Source: Diplonema japonicum
Taxonomy: Eukaryota; Protista; Euglenozoa: Diplonemea
NCBI GenBank assembly: GCA_964019335.1
Contig: OZ025744.1
Coordinates: 248,001 to 312,000 of the forward strand
DNA: 64,000 nt
Direction of reading: 5' to 3'
Shown here piece after piece: positions 23,979 through 36,883 of the stretch; the stretch's first letter is position 1; the number at the start of each line of letters is the position of its first letter. The notes beneath the pieces were generated by a model, which ran no database searches, was not told where the DNA came from, and saw only the letters and a list, made by a program, of their open reading frames with translations. Made by a program: the position numbers and the translations under genes.

Positions 23979-24983
23979 TCAGCTAAAATCCCCCTTATTC
24001 TTCACGTTGTCCCAGAACCCGTGCTCGGAGGGCGTGCAGTTGCACTTCGCGTTCACCGCCATGCACTGGTAGCAGAATTTACACCCGCACCTACACTTCA
24101 TCTTGTCGCACCCAGTACCCTTCGCTACCGCCATCCCGCAAGAGGGACAAATACGTATGTTCGAAGTCCTGAGGTACTCCTCTGTCGCTTTTTCATCCTT
24201 GTCGTTAACCTGCGTCCGTTTGTAGTCTATGCATGACATGGAAGTGTGGTAAGGATTTGCCCCGCAGGCAAGGCAGTAACACAGCGTGCACACGGGGCAC
24301 ATGAAAGATGGTTGGCCTCCTTCATAAGAAGACCAGGAAACTACATAAGAGCAGTCTGGCGTGGGACAGTGGTGCAGGGTTGGGTCGGTTGATGTTGCTG
24401 CTTCCAAACCCCTTCGTGAGATCGTTTCAAACATTTTTTGACAGCAGATTTCCTTCAGCTCAACGTGGTTCAGAGTTGCAGAACACCGATCTTGCAAACA
24501 ATTTATCTCGGTCTTTCCGTCGTCGATTGCTGCTCGAACCTGCCCTTTTAGACATTCTTTACAAAAAACATGCTTACAACTGTGGAGCTTGACCGCGTTA
24601 CCAGGATCGATATCGCAGTAACAAATCGTGCATTCACAGATTTCATGATTTTCTGTGTAGACGGAAGCAACGGTGGCATCGGTTATGTTTTTTTTCGCGG
24701 TTTCAACGTCCCATTTTGCATTTTCTAGGAGGGTTGTCGCGCCTTCCGGGCCTTCGCCTGAGAGATCTTCCACGTCCTGTACACCTTTTAGAAGGGTGAG
24801 CAGGTTCAGGCCTGTTTCTTTTGCGCCCTTTATGACCCTCTGGATGCTTGTTTCAGGCATTCCAATCCCCGCAGCAAGAATCGCACCTGCCATCTCATCG
24901 TTGTCATCCTTCTCACTACCGCAAGCTTCACATGACCCTATCATGGGGTGGTTCATTAGCGTGCATTTCTGGCATTCCCACAT
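23979..24983 (-). CDS. RBR (RING-IBR-RING) E3 ubiquitin ligase with N-terminal RanBP2-type zinc finger
   Basis: WECQKCTLMN...CEAC; RING1 CTICY...CKHVFCKEC; IBR CPTPDC...CPVC...CLAC..YH...C; RING2 CPSC...GCDKMKCRCGCKFCYQC. Confidence 0.92.
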   Translation of the reverse strand: MWECQKCTLMNHPMIGSCEACGSEKDDNDEMAGAILAAGIGMPETSIQRVIKGAKETGLNLLTLLKGVQDVEDLSGEGPEGATTLLENAKWDVETAKKNITDATVASVYTENHEICECTICYCDIDPGNAVKLHSCKHVFCKECLKGQVRAAIDDGKTEINCLQDRCSATLNHVELKEICCQKMFETISRRGLEAATSTDPTLHHCPTPDCSYVVSWSSYEGGQPSFMCPVCTLCYCLACGANPYHTSMSCIDYKRTQVNDKDEKATEEYLRTSNIRICPSCGMAVAKGTGCDKMKCRCGCKFCYQCMAVNAKCNCTPSEHGFWDNVKNKGDFS

Positions 24984-25582
24984 TTTTTTTTTTTTTTTGC
25001 ACTGTTTTTTTTTTTTTTTTTTGTTTGGTTTTGTTTGGTTTTTGTGTGAAGGTAAAAAGAGAGAGGAGGGGGAAAAAAAGGAGGGGGGGGGGGGAGTGTG
25101 GCGTGACCAAGCATTCTTTCATAGTTGCTGAGCGATTGAGGAAAAAAGAAAAAAAAAAAAAAATAGAGGGGAGAGAAAGTAAAACTGGGTCTCTTTACCC
25201 TCTTTTTTTTTTCTTTTTTTTTTTCTCCCGTTCTTCCCCTTACCAACTTTACGACGAAAGGGAGTGGGGGGGGTTTTTTTAAAGTGTTAAAACGGGATCC
25301 GAAAAAAAAAAAAAAAAAAAAAGAAAAAAAAAAGCAGCAACCCGAAATTAAAAGCTTGAACAGGAGGGAGGAGGGGGTGCCTTAAAACAGGCGGAGAAAT
25401 CTCATATTTTGAAGGAAACATTGAGAGGAGGAGAGGGAAGCACCATTTTTTTTTCGACTAGAGATCAGTTTCCAAGCTTGTGCCGCAATTCTTTTTCCCC
25501 CCCTTTTTTTTTATAAAAAAAAACCCCCCTTCTTATAAGAATTATGTGAAAATTATAATATAAAAAGGCGTTTGGTTTCTCC

Positions 25583-25630
<48 letters not shown>

Positions 25631-25751
25631 TTACTAGTTTCCATTCTCTCTATGATTTCCTTTTTTTTTTTTCTCTTCTCTCCCCCCTCTTGTTGTTGTT
25701 TGTCATGATCCTTATGGAAGCTAAGTGCCGAATGGGCGGCTTGGGGGCGGG

Positions 25752-25894
25752 GCCCGCTATGCTGGAAAGGAAACGCGTTTCCAAGCTTTTTTTTTTAAAG
25801 AGGCCGCTTCCTCTGAAAAAGGAAACGCGTTTCCCTAGGTATCTGAAGAATAAGGAAACGGAAACGTTTCCCCGTTTCTTGCCAGCATAGCCCT
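25752..25894. mobile_element. Small MITE (hAT-like right end)
   Basis: Inverted ends gctatgctggaaag / cttgccagcatagccctg; two copies of the palindrome GGAAACGCGTTTCC and a shorter GGAAACGTTTCC variant inside. Confidence 0.6.
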
Positions 25895-27719
25895 GGGGGG
25901 GGGGGGGGGGGGGGAATAGTGTGAAATATGCATAAAAATATACACTTTCACAGTTCTTATAGAAGTCGTTTTTTTTTTTTTTTTTTTTTTTTTTTGATAG
26001 CACAAGTGAGTCCCCAATGTGTATTGTGTCTGGGTAGATATATGATAGGTTTCTTCTTCCCCTCCCCCCCCCTTTTTTTTCGCCCGGTGTTATTCGACAC
26101 TCTACACTCTTTTCTTACACTTTCCCCCTCTTTTTTTGATTTTTTTGCTCGCGATTCTGAACCCCCTAATGTAGAAAACCAATTTGTCTTCCAGCGGGGG
26201 GGATATTCTGAAAATACAGAGTCGAGTAGAGAGAAAAAAAATGGAGAATATGTGCTCTTTGAGCCCCTTCTCCTTTTTTTTTTCTTTTTTTTTTGTCGCT
26301 CCCACAACCGGAACTGTCTAAGTTTTTTTTTGGGGGGGGGGAAGAATACGAAAATGGGAAAGAAGAAGAAAAAACTGAAAAAAAAACCCCCCCAAGGAAA
26401 ATGAAAGAAATATAGTTATAAGTACTACTTTGAAATGAATAGTTTTTTCTTTTCCTTTTTTTTCCCTGTACCAAAAAAAAAAAAGAAAAAAAAAACACTC
26501 CTTGTAACCTGAATGCAGCACAGGTCCCCCCCCCCCTCCCTCAAAAGGTCGGCGGGGGGTTCTTACTCTTTTCGGACACAGATATCAAGGGGCTTTTCAA
26601 GTACAAAAAATATAGTAAAAAAAAGGACATGGGGGGGGAGGGTCCCAAGAGGAACGAAGCACTAGAAAAGACCGCCCCTAAGGGTTCTTTGGGACAAGGG
26701 AGAGAGGTAAGCTGTATTTGTGTGCGCGTGCTTTTTTTTTTTTTTTTTCTTCTTTTTTTTTCTCCCTTAAAAAAGAGGCAGAACCCGAAATCTACCTCAA
26801 ATAGACAAGCTCTGCCTCCTCTACTTTTTTTCCACCCCCCCCCCCAGCACGGCCTTATATATATATATAAAAAAAAAAAAAAAAAAAAAAATACTGTAAA
26901 GCGAAAAAAAATTCCTGGAAGAGAAAACCGGATATTTTTCTCCAGCCGGCATTTTCGGCTTGGGGGTGGGGGGCCCCCGGAGTATTTCCCAATCTTGGCT
27001 CTCTCGCACCGCCTTCTTGGATGAAAGGAAACGCCTCGCGTCCTCCAATGGATAGACTATCAAAACAAAATCGGGCAAAGAGTGAATATGCAAAGGTAGG
27101 ACTGAGCCACCTCATCTGGACACATTAACACGTGGCACACACTGCCCATGCAGACCGAGCCTAAAGGCTTCCCCCAAACATTGGGTGTAACAAGCTCTCG
27201 GGAACCCCCCCCCCCTCCCAGGATATTTTTTTCATTCAGATTCTTTTTTCTCGTTTCTTTTTTACAGTAGTGATACTCGGACAAAAAGGGGGATAACAAT
27301 AATAACTAATAAATGTCCTCTACTTTGGGCGCCCCCTTTTTTTTTGTTATGAGTTGTGCCCAAGTTGCGAGGACAAAAGGGGTCACTGGGCCTCCCAAGT
27401 GTGTAAAGGGAACATTCTTTGGGACGTTGAGGGGAACTAGTTTTCTTTTTTTTTTTTTTTTCCTTCTTTATTTTTTCGTTTTCTTTTTTTTTTTTCATTT
27501 CTTGAGAAAAGAACCTTACAGGAAGAGTTCGCGTTCACAGAGGCAGTTCTCGTTTCTTAAAAAAAAATTTTTTTGCTGAGTTTGACAAAAAAAAAAGGTT
27601 AGATTGTGTCCCATTCTGGCAGCAAAATAGCAGCTTCTTTCCTCCTTTCTTTCTTTTTTTTCTTCTTCTTTTATACTTGTTTTGCTTGCCTGGGGGGGTC
27701 TGCATTTGCACAAAAGTCT

Positions 27720-28352
27720 GAACTTTCAACTTTCCCCCCCCCCCCCCCCTTTTTTCCATCTTGCCAGCCCAACAACTGGCATCTTTACCATATTTTCCTC
27801 TTTTTTTTTTTAAAAAAAAGGGAAAAAAGATGTCTTTGAAGGGAACCTGCAGTATGTGACAGGATCGCCTAAAAAAAAATAGAGAAAAGCAAAACAAAAA
27901 AAAAAGAATGTTTGGCACTTCATTTTGTTTGAGCGCACGAGTGATTATTTTACCTTATAAAATACTCATCACGCTGATTTTTTTTTAAAAAAAAAAAAAA
28001 AAAGTCTCAACAATAATTATTGTTAAACAAGACAAAACAAAAAGCCTCATATGTTTTAAAAGTTTCCCCCCCCCCTTTTTTTTCCATCTTGCCAGCCCAA
28101 CAACTGGCATCTTTACCATATTGTCCTCCTTTTTTTTTTTAAAAAGGGGGAAAAAAAAAAAAAATAGAGAAAAGCAAAACAAAAAAAAAAATGTGTTGGC
28201 ACTTCATTTTTGTTTGAGCGCACGAGTGATTATTTTACCTTATAAAATACTCATCACGCTGATTTTTTTTTTTTTAAAAAAAGTCTCAACAATAATTATT
28301 GTTAAACAAGACAAAACAAAAAGCCTCATATGTTTTAAAAGTTCCCCCCCCC
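27720..28352. repeat. Tandem duplication of a ~300-bp non-coding unit
   Basis: Blocks ccatcttgccagcccaacaactggc, ttggcacttcatttt(t)gtttgagcgcacgag and aagtctcaacaataattattgttaaacaag each occur twice in the same order. Confidence 0.85.
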
Positions 28353-28364
28353 CCTTTTTTTTAA

Positions 28365-28835
28365 ACGCCTCCATATCTCTAAAAAACCCGCGGCGAACCG
28401 AGAAAAAAAAAATTGCTATTTTTTTTTTTTGCTGGAACAAGTAAACAAATTTTTGAAAAGAATTGTTATTGCAAAAAAAAGAGTAGAGGCAGTTTATCCG
28501 CTTACCCCTACTGTAGGTGAAAACGGCTTTGCACAAACAAAAATGGCTTGCGCAGACATCGGCCCGTCGGAGTTGTCGGTTATACTATACCCGGAGGGGG
28601 CCCCCACGGCGCCGGCGGACCCGGACTGTGCTGCCGGGTGCGACCGGGAGCACAAAACGGGTTTCCGGCTTGCACAAACAAGCAGCCGACTCTCTTTTTT
28701 TTTTTTTTTTTCTTTCAAAAACAATGGGGTGAAAAGCTTACTGCAGAAATCTTTAAAAAAAAAAAAGAATTTTTTCCCCCCCCTCAACTGAGACATTTAG
28801 GATTTTGCTTAACGGATTTTAGAGATATGGAGCGT
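28365..28835. mobile_element. MITE with ~20-bp TIRs
   Basis: acgcctccatatctctaaaa at ~28365 and ttttagagatatggagcgt ending ~28835; GC-rich non-coding interior. Confidence 0.65.
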
Positions 28836-29262
28836 AAATTAAACCATTAATTTGGTTTCGGCCCCCCCCTTTTTTTTTCTTTTCTTGGGGTGCAACATCA
28901 AAGAAGGAGGAAGAGGGGGGGGGGGGGGTTTAAGAAAAGAACCAGAACCAAAGATATCAAATGTTGAGGGGCGGGGAGCTTGCATCTGCAGCTTGGAGGA
29001 CAGCAACCTCACAACTCCGCGCAAGAAAAACACAACAAAAGGACCATAAGATGGGGAGAAAAAAAACAGAATTCCTCAGGTAGGAGTTGAAAAAAAAAAA
29101 ATACTGAAAAAAAAAGAATTGGGGGGGGAGGGGAACGAGCATAATCAGACAAGAGAAGCGCCCCATATCTATGGAGATATGAAACGGTGAAATAAAAAAA
29201 AAAAAAAGAAAAGAAATATCGCACGATTTTTTTTTTTTTTTTTTTTTGTACATATTTCATCC

Positions 29263-29874
29263 TTAATGCGGCACCACCACAGCCCTGCGCAAGGAAGAAG
29301 CCAGGCCGAGTGGAGGCATAGAAGGCGGGTGGGGATGATGCCTAGGAGGGGATTTCAACATGAATACCGGTCTTGGGGAAAAAACCACGGTCCCGCTGCC
29401 GCCGTGCTTGTGCGACGATTGGACAAGCTCACGAAGGGAAAGCCTAGCGGACCAAGAAAACGCCGGCGCAGTGCTCAGCACCGTCTGTAGTTCCCGGCCA
29501 TGGATCACAAGTGATCTGCGGTCATGACCGAGTCGCGCCTCGCACATTTTGGCAAGAAGCTCATCCACAACATATTGGTTTGCACCCTTCCACTGAATTC
29601 TGTCCCCAAGCAACATTCTACGCCTGTCAAAGTACAAATCTTCAACCACCCGCTGCTTTTCCCTTTCACTGACGAATCGGGATTTGAACTCTTCTACCGA
29701 TTCTCGTAGCCCAGGGTGGTTGACCGACACCATCTTTTCTAACAATTTGTACGCTGCAGTTTTCTTCGCTCTTTCCCGCTTCTCCCAACTGTCCACTACT
29801 GACTTGCAGACTTGCAGCCTTTCCGTTCGCTTTGCCCTCCACATTCGTTGCAAATGAACAATGGCATCGTGCAT
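29263..29874 (-). CDS. IQ-motif-containing hypothetical protein (203 aa)
   Basis: ATG after an A-run; AIVHLQRMWRAKR IQ-like motif and a downstream W..E pattern similar to 19351..20196. Confidence 0.7.
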   Translation of the reverse strand: MHDAIVHLQRMWRAKRTERLQVCKSVVDSWEKRERAKKTAAYKLLEKMVSVNHPGLRESVEEFKSRFVSEREKQRVVEDLYFDRRRMLLGDRIQWKGANQYVVDELLAKMCEARLGHDRRSLVIHGRELQTVLSTAPAFSWSARLSLRELVQSSHKHGGSGTVVFSPRPVFMLKSPPRHHPHPPSMPPLGLASSLRRAVVVPH

Positions 29875-30039
29875 TTTTTTTTTTTTTTTTTTTTTTCCCC
29901 TTTAAAAAGAAATAGTTTTTTTTTAAGAAAAAAAAAAAAAAAAACAAGAAAAAAAATTGTTGGGAAGAAGGGGGGAAAAAAACACACAAGGAGTGAGAGA
30001 TCATGGGGATTAAATGGTTTTTTTTTTTTGAGGAAGGGG

Positions 30040-30079
<40 letters not shown>

Positions 30080-30730
30080 GTGAGAGCGGGAAGAGGGAGA
30101 GGAAAAAAAAAGAAGAAAAAAAATATAGAAAAAAAAGGGGGGTGGGGAAGGAGGGGAATAACAAATAGGGGGGGAAAAAAAGGGATTCATTTGTTTGTCC
30201 TTTTTTTTTTAATATTATCGTGTATCGCAATACCCTTTCTTTTTTTTTTAAACCTTTTTTTTTTCCTTCTTTCCCTTTCTACTTTTTTTTTTATAATTCT
30301 CTTATTGTTAATTAGCTGCAAAAGCGAGACAGCTGGGGAGGGGGGGATTTTCTTTTTTAAAAAAAAAAAACACTACCTTTTTTTTTTCAATGCCTCCTTT
30401 TTATTTCTTTTTTTAATTTTATGCTTCCTCTGTTTTTTTTTTCCTCCCCCCCCCCCCACTGCGCACAGATTCTGATGCCACAGGGGGGGATCATAAGTTT
30501 ACAAGAAACCTTTCAAAAACTTTTTTTTTCCCCCTCTCATTAGCTCCCCTACCTTGTATAAAGGTTGGGACCAAGGGTTATATCAAGTGAGGGGGGGGGG
30601 GGGGGGGGAAAGGGGGGATTTCAGAGAGGGGAAAATAAGGCTTTTTTTTTCGTGAACAGTAAGGCTATTTTTTTTTTTTTTTAAGTTCCTCTTTAAAAAA
30701 AAAAAAAAAAAAGGGATGAGAGGAAAGAAC

Positions 30731-30766
<36 letters not shown>

Positions 30767-31004
30767 AGGTACCCCCTTTTTTTTGTTAATTCTTCTGTCA
30801 AAGGAACAAAAGTAGCGCGCCTTTTCATTTTTTTTTTTTTTTCCCTTCTTCTTTTTTTTTTCAAAACTCACAAAGTACTGCTTTTTCTTTTTTTTTTTTT
30901 AAATTTTTTATAAGAAAGGGAAAACGAAAAAGAGAAAAAAAGTGAGCATTTTTTTTTTTTTTCTAATTTTTTTTTTTTTTTTTAAAAATTTTTATTCAGG
31001 ACTC

Positions 31005-34000
31005 CTAGGACTCAGCATTTTCAACAGGCATCAATAGACCCTGGATTTCGTCATCCGAGAGAGCAAAACCGGCAGCAGTGGTAGCCTAGAATTTTTTTTT
31101 TTTGTTTTTTTTTTTTTGTTTTTTTTTTTTTTTTTTTTTTTTATTCCCATACCGCTTGCAGAGATTTCGCAGCGCCCAGAGCCGCGCACAGTTTCCCGAA
31201 ACTCTCGACATTTTCAGCGGACGGTTTTCCAGCAGAACTGGTCAACTCCTCCACCGTCGTCTTTTGGAACATCTCATGCAGGGCCGCAACCAACAGCAAA
31301 AAGTTCACCCTGGTCCTCACCTTCCCTTTGTACGCCAAATCGACCGAAGGACAGTCCAGCACAGCCTGTCGAAGAAGTCCCTTCAGAATACTCAATGTCG
31401 CTGAGGCATTAGGAGACACTGTCAGCCCAGTTACAGTAAGCAGCGATTGATCAGCCAACATTTCATCAACAAGTTTCTCCCCGTACTCGGGAAGAACGGG
31501 CCGCGATACACAAAGGCTGAGGTTGCAGTGGGTAATGTGCGACCACAGGGAAATAGCTTGCGCAACCGCATGTTCCCTAGGACCCTGCCCTGCCTTGAAG
31601 TTTCCTACAAGTGCGTTCACGACCCCCTGCAAGGCCAGTGACACAACAGTTACAACCGACGCTGCCTTGAAAGGAGGGCGGTATTTTGTAGGCAACTTCG
31701 CATCAGGGTTACGCAGTACTTCCGCGATACTGTTCTCCAGAATAGGCGCAGTTTTAACACTGTGGTGCGCTCCGAGGAGAAGCGGGAGGAACGACGTCAT
31801 GGCCTTCGACTCGCTGATACTCTTCCTGACGTTTCCCTTCACAAAGGTCTCCTGCGAGATCAGTTCTGGTTCGGGTGTGATGGCCTCGACAGTGTTCGCC
31901 CTGCGCTCCACAACCAACCCCACGCCCAGAATACACTCCTCACTGCTTTCCTTTGTAACACAACATGTCGGGGAATCCTCGATAACACTAGAAACAGCTG
32001 CAATGGGAAGCGACGTCGCTGGAAGCGCCGTACTATTCGGGACGAATATCATCTCAGCCCCGGAATCGTGCGAAAACATAAACGTAGGGTGGTACACGTG
32101 CCCCGCGTCGGGGAGCTCCATGCTGTTCGGGAGGTCGCTTCCGTTCACCGAAAACAGGACTTTTTTGTCGTTGAGGTCAAGTACGCAGTCGACCACGTCC
32201 CCAGGACCTGCTGTAACACCGGTTTCGGTCTCTTCATTGTTGTGAATAAGCTTTCCGGTTTGCGGTTCAAAGCACCAACCGAATTCGTCTGAACCAAGCT
32301 CAAGCACATTTCCATCGGGTGTGGAATACCCGACTCTCCATGCCCCTTCCGATTCATTTCGGGTCCTCAACACGCACCTGAAGTAGTGCCGTCCTTCCGT
32401 GGAGTAATTGTGCATCCAGTAGTGTGCGGCCTTTGAACCGGTTGTGCACCATAAGGCACCAGCATCGATCTTCAACGAAGCAGGCATGTACTTGTCGAAA
32501 GGGCCGTTGAAGCACGGAAGCGGCGGGTACGGGTTTTCAAGAGAGTGCCCTGTTTCTTTGCAAACGTAGTTTTGAATCATAAGCTTGTTCGCTTCAAGGC
32601 GTTTCGGCGCCTTTCCGTTCGGCGCAACGTAAGATTCGTCGAACATGGTGGCCAAGTGTGACAGAACGGTTCGTGCGGTGTACGATGGTGACCAACCTTT
32701 GTACTCGTTACCCTTCTTGGGATCGGTGTTTCTGTCGTTGATGTGAAGGCACACTTCGGAGGTGTGTCTAGTCGTATCGATGATGCAATCGTGTGAAATC
32801 GCCGAACAGCAACGGACCACCGGTGCCTCCAACGGGTATGTGTTTGGGAAGTACACCACAAAGTGCACAACGGTCCCAGCGTAAGGTCCCTCCCTTGGTG
32901 CTACGTTCGTGTGCCACGTGAATAAATCGTCATTTGCAGGGTCGGCCTTCACGGTGTACAACGGGCATTCTGCGAGATCGCGGAGATCCTTTAACAGACG
33001 TTTTGCGGCTTGTTTGGCAAGAATGCCTTCTTTTTTCGTGTGGCGTGCTTCGGATTTGCATGGTGTAGGGGGTGTGCTGAACGTAACGGTGTACGGTGCG
33101 GTAGCTGCGTTCGTCTTCTTCGCCTTCGCCTCGCGCATCATCTCATCGAAAGACAGTTTCGGCTGACCATCGTCCTCCTCGTCTTCTTCATCTTCGTCAA
33201 ACGTTGCAACTGCGGTACTTGCTTTCTTACCCTTGTTACCCTTGTTCGTCACGAAGGATATTCCGAGCTCTTCTGCGGTTTTTGGAACGGGTTTCTCCTT
33301 GGGAGTGGGTGGTTTTTCTGGTTCGGGTTCGGGTTCGACCTCTGGTTCTGGTACCGGTTCGGGTTCGGATTCCGCCTTTTCCGGTTCCGGTTCCGGCTCG
33401 GGTGCTGCCTCTTCCTCTTGAACGGGTTCTTCAATCTTGGCTTCGATTTCTTCTTCTGGTTGTTCGGTTTCGACAACAGGTTTTTCAAATTCGTTCCATT
33501 CGGCTTCGTCGGCGTCGGGTTCGGTGGGTGCTGGGGGTGCTTCGGGTTCTTCTTCGGGTTCGCCGGCTTCCACCTTCGCGATGAGTTTTTTAAGCCTGGC
33601 GGCCTCTTCAAAGTCTTCGTTCTCAACGGCAGCCGCCTTGAGCTTGTTCAGTTCGTTGAGTCGTTGTTCCTGCTCTGTGAGTTCTGGTTCCGGCTCTTCT
33701 TCGGGAAGGCCGGCTTCTCTGCGGAGGCGCTTTTCCTCAGAGGCGATACGTTCTTCTTCTTTGGTGATGGCGGCTTGGAGGACGGTGACCTGAGCTGCCC
33801 TGTTCTTCTGGATCTGGGTGGGTTTCTTTAGTTTCCCCATCGCGATTCTTCTGGCTAAATCGTTAACAGCGTCGAACTCCTTGTACATCTTCATCAAGGT
33901 CGTTGTGTCCACCTTCAATGGGTCGTCCTCTTCTTCCTCTTCTTCAGGATGTTCCTCCACCTCTTTTTTGGATGGAGTGGGGGCGGGTGTTGGGGTTGGA

Positions 34001-34618
34001 GCGGCGGCTTTCTTCAGAGTCTTTTCCTTCTCCATCTTCAGGTTGTGAAGCTCCTGCTGGACCTTTTGGAGCGTTTTCAGCTTCTTCGCCTGCTCGGGGT
34101 TCAGCTCGGTGCCGGCAGCTTTCTTCTCCTTAAGCTCCGTGATGCTTTTCAGCTTCTTTTCGGTCTTTTTGATCTCCTTGTCGATCGCTTTTTTTGGAAA
34201 AAAAATAATTTTTTTTTCTTTTTGTCAAAATAGATACCTGAAACGGCCTCTTGTGGGTCCTCCTTGGGTGCTGCTTCGGGCTCTGGGGCGACCTCTTCTT
34301 CCTTTTTTTTTTTTTATAATTTTTTTTTTTATATATTGGCTGTACCTTAGCGTGACCATTGCCGTTTGTTTCAGCTGGTTTGTCGCCTGCCTTCAAGGCT
34401 TCCTTGTTTTATTGATTTTTTTTTTTTTTTTTTTTTTTTGGAATTACCACTTTCGCCTTCAGATCGGTGATCTCCTTGAGCAGCCCCGGCTTCCGCTTGA
34501 CCTTGTCCTTTTGCTCGTCGTTCAGCTTGCCTTTGTTTTTCTTCTCCAGGTCCTCGATACCGGTTACCTTCTTACGCAGGTTCCGTATCATCTTCTCCAG
34601 CTCCATAACCGAAGACAT
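31005..34618 (-). CDS. Large multidomain E2: PYM/eIF2A-C-like coiled-coil repeats, UVR motif, acidic linker, UBC domain, SPRY domain; five exons
   Basis: Introns 34403..34447, 34302..34345, 34188..34237 and 31086..31152. KMIRNLRKKVTGIEDLE...LNDEQKDK; AAAVENEDFEEAARLKKLI; AAKRLLKDL...WH...GPYAG...FPNTYPLEAP...EVCL...GWSPSYT; SPRY RHYF...RVG...LGSDEFGW...GDVVDCVLDL...FSVNG. Confidence 0.85.
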
Positions 34619-34814
34619 TTTGTGTTCTTCTTTTATATTTATTTTTTAAAAAAGATTTTTCTTTTTTTTGTGTGTTTACCCTAGTCAACAGAAAAAATTT
34701 TTCAAGGGGGGGAAAACAAAACAAAAAATGGGAGGGGGGGGGATAACAACAGTGGAAAAAGAAGGGGAAAAAAAAAAAGAAAAGTTCGGTAAAGTTTTTC
34801 AGTGTGCAGGGAAG

Positions 34815-34851
<37 letters not shown>

Positions 34852-34923
34852 GTAGCGAACACACTTCAAAAAAAAAAGGGGGGGAGGAAAAAAAAATCTT
34901 GTTTTTTCCGTTTTTTTTTCGTT

Positions 34924-34944
34924 CTACTGGGATTTCTGGTAAGG

Positions 34945-34980
<36 letters not shown>

Positions 34981-35435
34981 CCCCAGCATACTTTGTGGTA
35001 TTTGGTCACTGCATGTTCGAATTCTTGGAAATCAAGGCACCCGTCGCCGTCGGCGTCAGCCGATTTAATCACCTCCTCAAGGAATGCTGCTGTTCCGGCC
35101 GTGCCTTCTACGATTTCTGAAACCTTCTGAAGGTCGAGGAGAGATATTTTGCCGTTACCCTCGGTGTCGAAAAGCTTGAAAGCCGCCTTCACTTCCTGGG
35201 GGCTTCCAGCTTCGACCATCTTGCCCTTCACCATGTCCCTGAAGGAATCGAAGTCAAGCAGCTTGGGCTCCCTGTCCCCCATCATCTCATCAATATCATT
35301 CCTTGTCACCTTGTTGTAGCCAAGAGATTTCAACGCGAAGGTCAGCTCCTCCTCATCAATAGCACCAGTACCATCAGTGTCGAAAAGCTCAAAAATCTGC
35401 TTCAAATCTTCTTCAGAAACACGCGCTTCTGCCAT
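34924..35435 (-). CDS. Centrin/calmodulin-like EF-hand protein
   Basis: FELFDTDGTGAIDEEEL, FKLFDTEGNGKISLLDL and ADADGDGCLDFQEF; intron 34936..34991 then KSQ*. Confidence 0.9.
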
Positions 35436-35766
35436 TTTCTCTTCTTTTTTTTTTTTTTGTTTTCCCTTGGAAGAGCAAGGTGACGGTGGAAAATCGAAGG
35501 GGGAAAAAAAAAAGAAGGAAGAAAGAAAAAAAGGAACTGACCTGAGAAATAAAAAAAAAAAAAAAAAACGGGGAGAGAGAATAAAAAACGAGAACGGAAA
35601 AAGAAAAAAAGAAAAAAAAACGCAGGTTTCTGCAGCGAAAAAAAAGGAAAAATACACAAGGCGGGGGGAGGGGGGGGGCGTTCTTTGTCAGCTCTCTTGT
35701 TTAATATTTTTGAATGGAGGTGGGAGTGAACACGTAAATTAAAAAAGAAAAAAAATAAAAGGGTGG

Positions 35767-35811
<45 letters not shown>

Positions 35812-35943
35812 ACGCGTCATCGAAGACTCTCGTTAAGGCCGTCCTTACCCCCTTTTAAAAAAAAGTTTTTTTTGCCCTCCGCCCCCCCCCCCTTTTTTTT
35901 CTTCTTTTCTTTCGCAGACTCCCCCCCTCCTCCTCCACAAGAG

Positions 35944-35975
<32 letters not shown>

Positions 35976-36412
35976 AGAAAAAGCGAAAAAATGTGTACAA
36001 GCATGATTCCTGCCTATGCTCTATAAAAAAAAAGGGGGGGAAAAGAAAAATCACACACAAAGAGAAGCTCGGACATTTTTGAAAAAGGTTGCGCTTTTCT
36101 TTTTTAAAAAAAAGAAAAAAAGAAAGAAAAAAAGAAAAAAAAAGGAGGATAGGAATACTCATTGTGTTTGGAACTAACTATTTTTTTTTTTTGGGGGGAC
36201 CGTTTTTTGGGGGGATTTTTTTTTTTTTTTGGAGGGACCGTTTTTTTATTCTCAACAATACGATAGTTAACCGCCATTTCTGAACAAGGGGAAAAGCTTT
36301 CTCTTTCTTTTTCTTTTTTCTTTTTCGAAATCTTCCTGGAAAGTCTGCCGATTGACAAAAAACAAAACAAAAAAAAATATATATGAGCTAAAGGAGGCCG
36401 GTGTTGGCGGCG

Positions 36413-36453
<41 letters not shown>

Positions 36454-36481
36454 ATTCTGGGATTCGACGAAAACACACCCT

Positions 36482-36535
<54 letters not shown>

Positions 36536-36591
36536 TTCTTGTTCTGTTCTGATAAAGAATGGTCTATTTTTTTTTTTCTTTTTTTTCTTAA

Positions 36592-36850
36592 TGTCACTCT
36601 TCATCATTTTTTTTTTTTTTCCTTTTTTTTTTTTTTTTCCACTCACTACGTCTCATAATTTTAACGCGAAACGCCCATAATTTAACTAGGTAAATTATGA
36701 GATTTTGGAGTTAAATAATGGGGCTTCAAAGTCCTTAAAAGTGGGAATAAGTGCTTTACTTTCCCTAAAGAATGCCGAAATAGGGGGGGGGTGAAAAAAA
36801 AACCAGTGAAAAAGTCATAATTTTTTTTGTTTGGCAATAAAAAATAGCTA
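36592..36850. mobile_element. Degenerate copy of the palindrome-ended repeat family
   Basis: cactcttcatcatt...cactcacta...taacgcgaaacg...taaaagtgggaataagtgc...tggcaataa...tagcta, colinear with 16996..17566 but lacking most of the hairpin. Confidence 0.7.
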
Positions 36851-36883
36851 ATGGCAGGTAGATTCGATTGTGTACCCCTCCCT

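Noticed and set aside
26920-27230. High-complexity island with short minus-strand ORFs
   Set aside because: No clear start context, domain or repeat match within the window.
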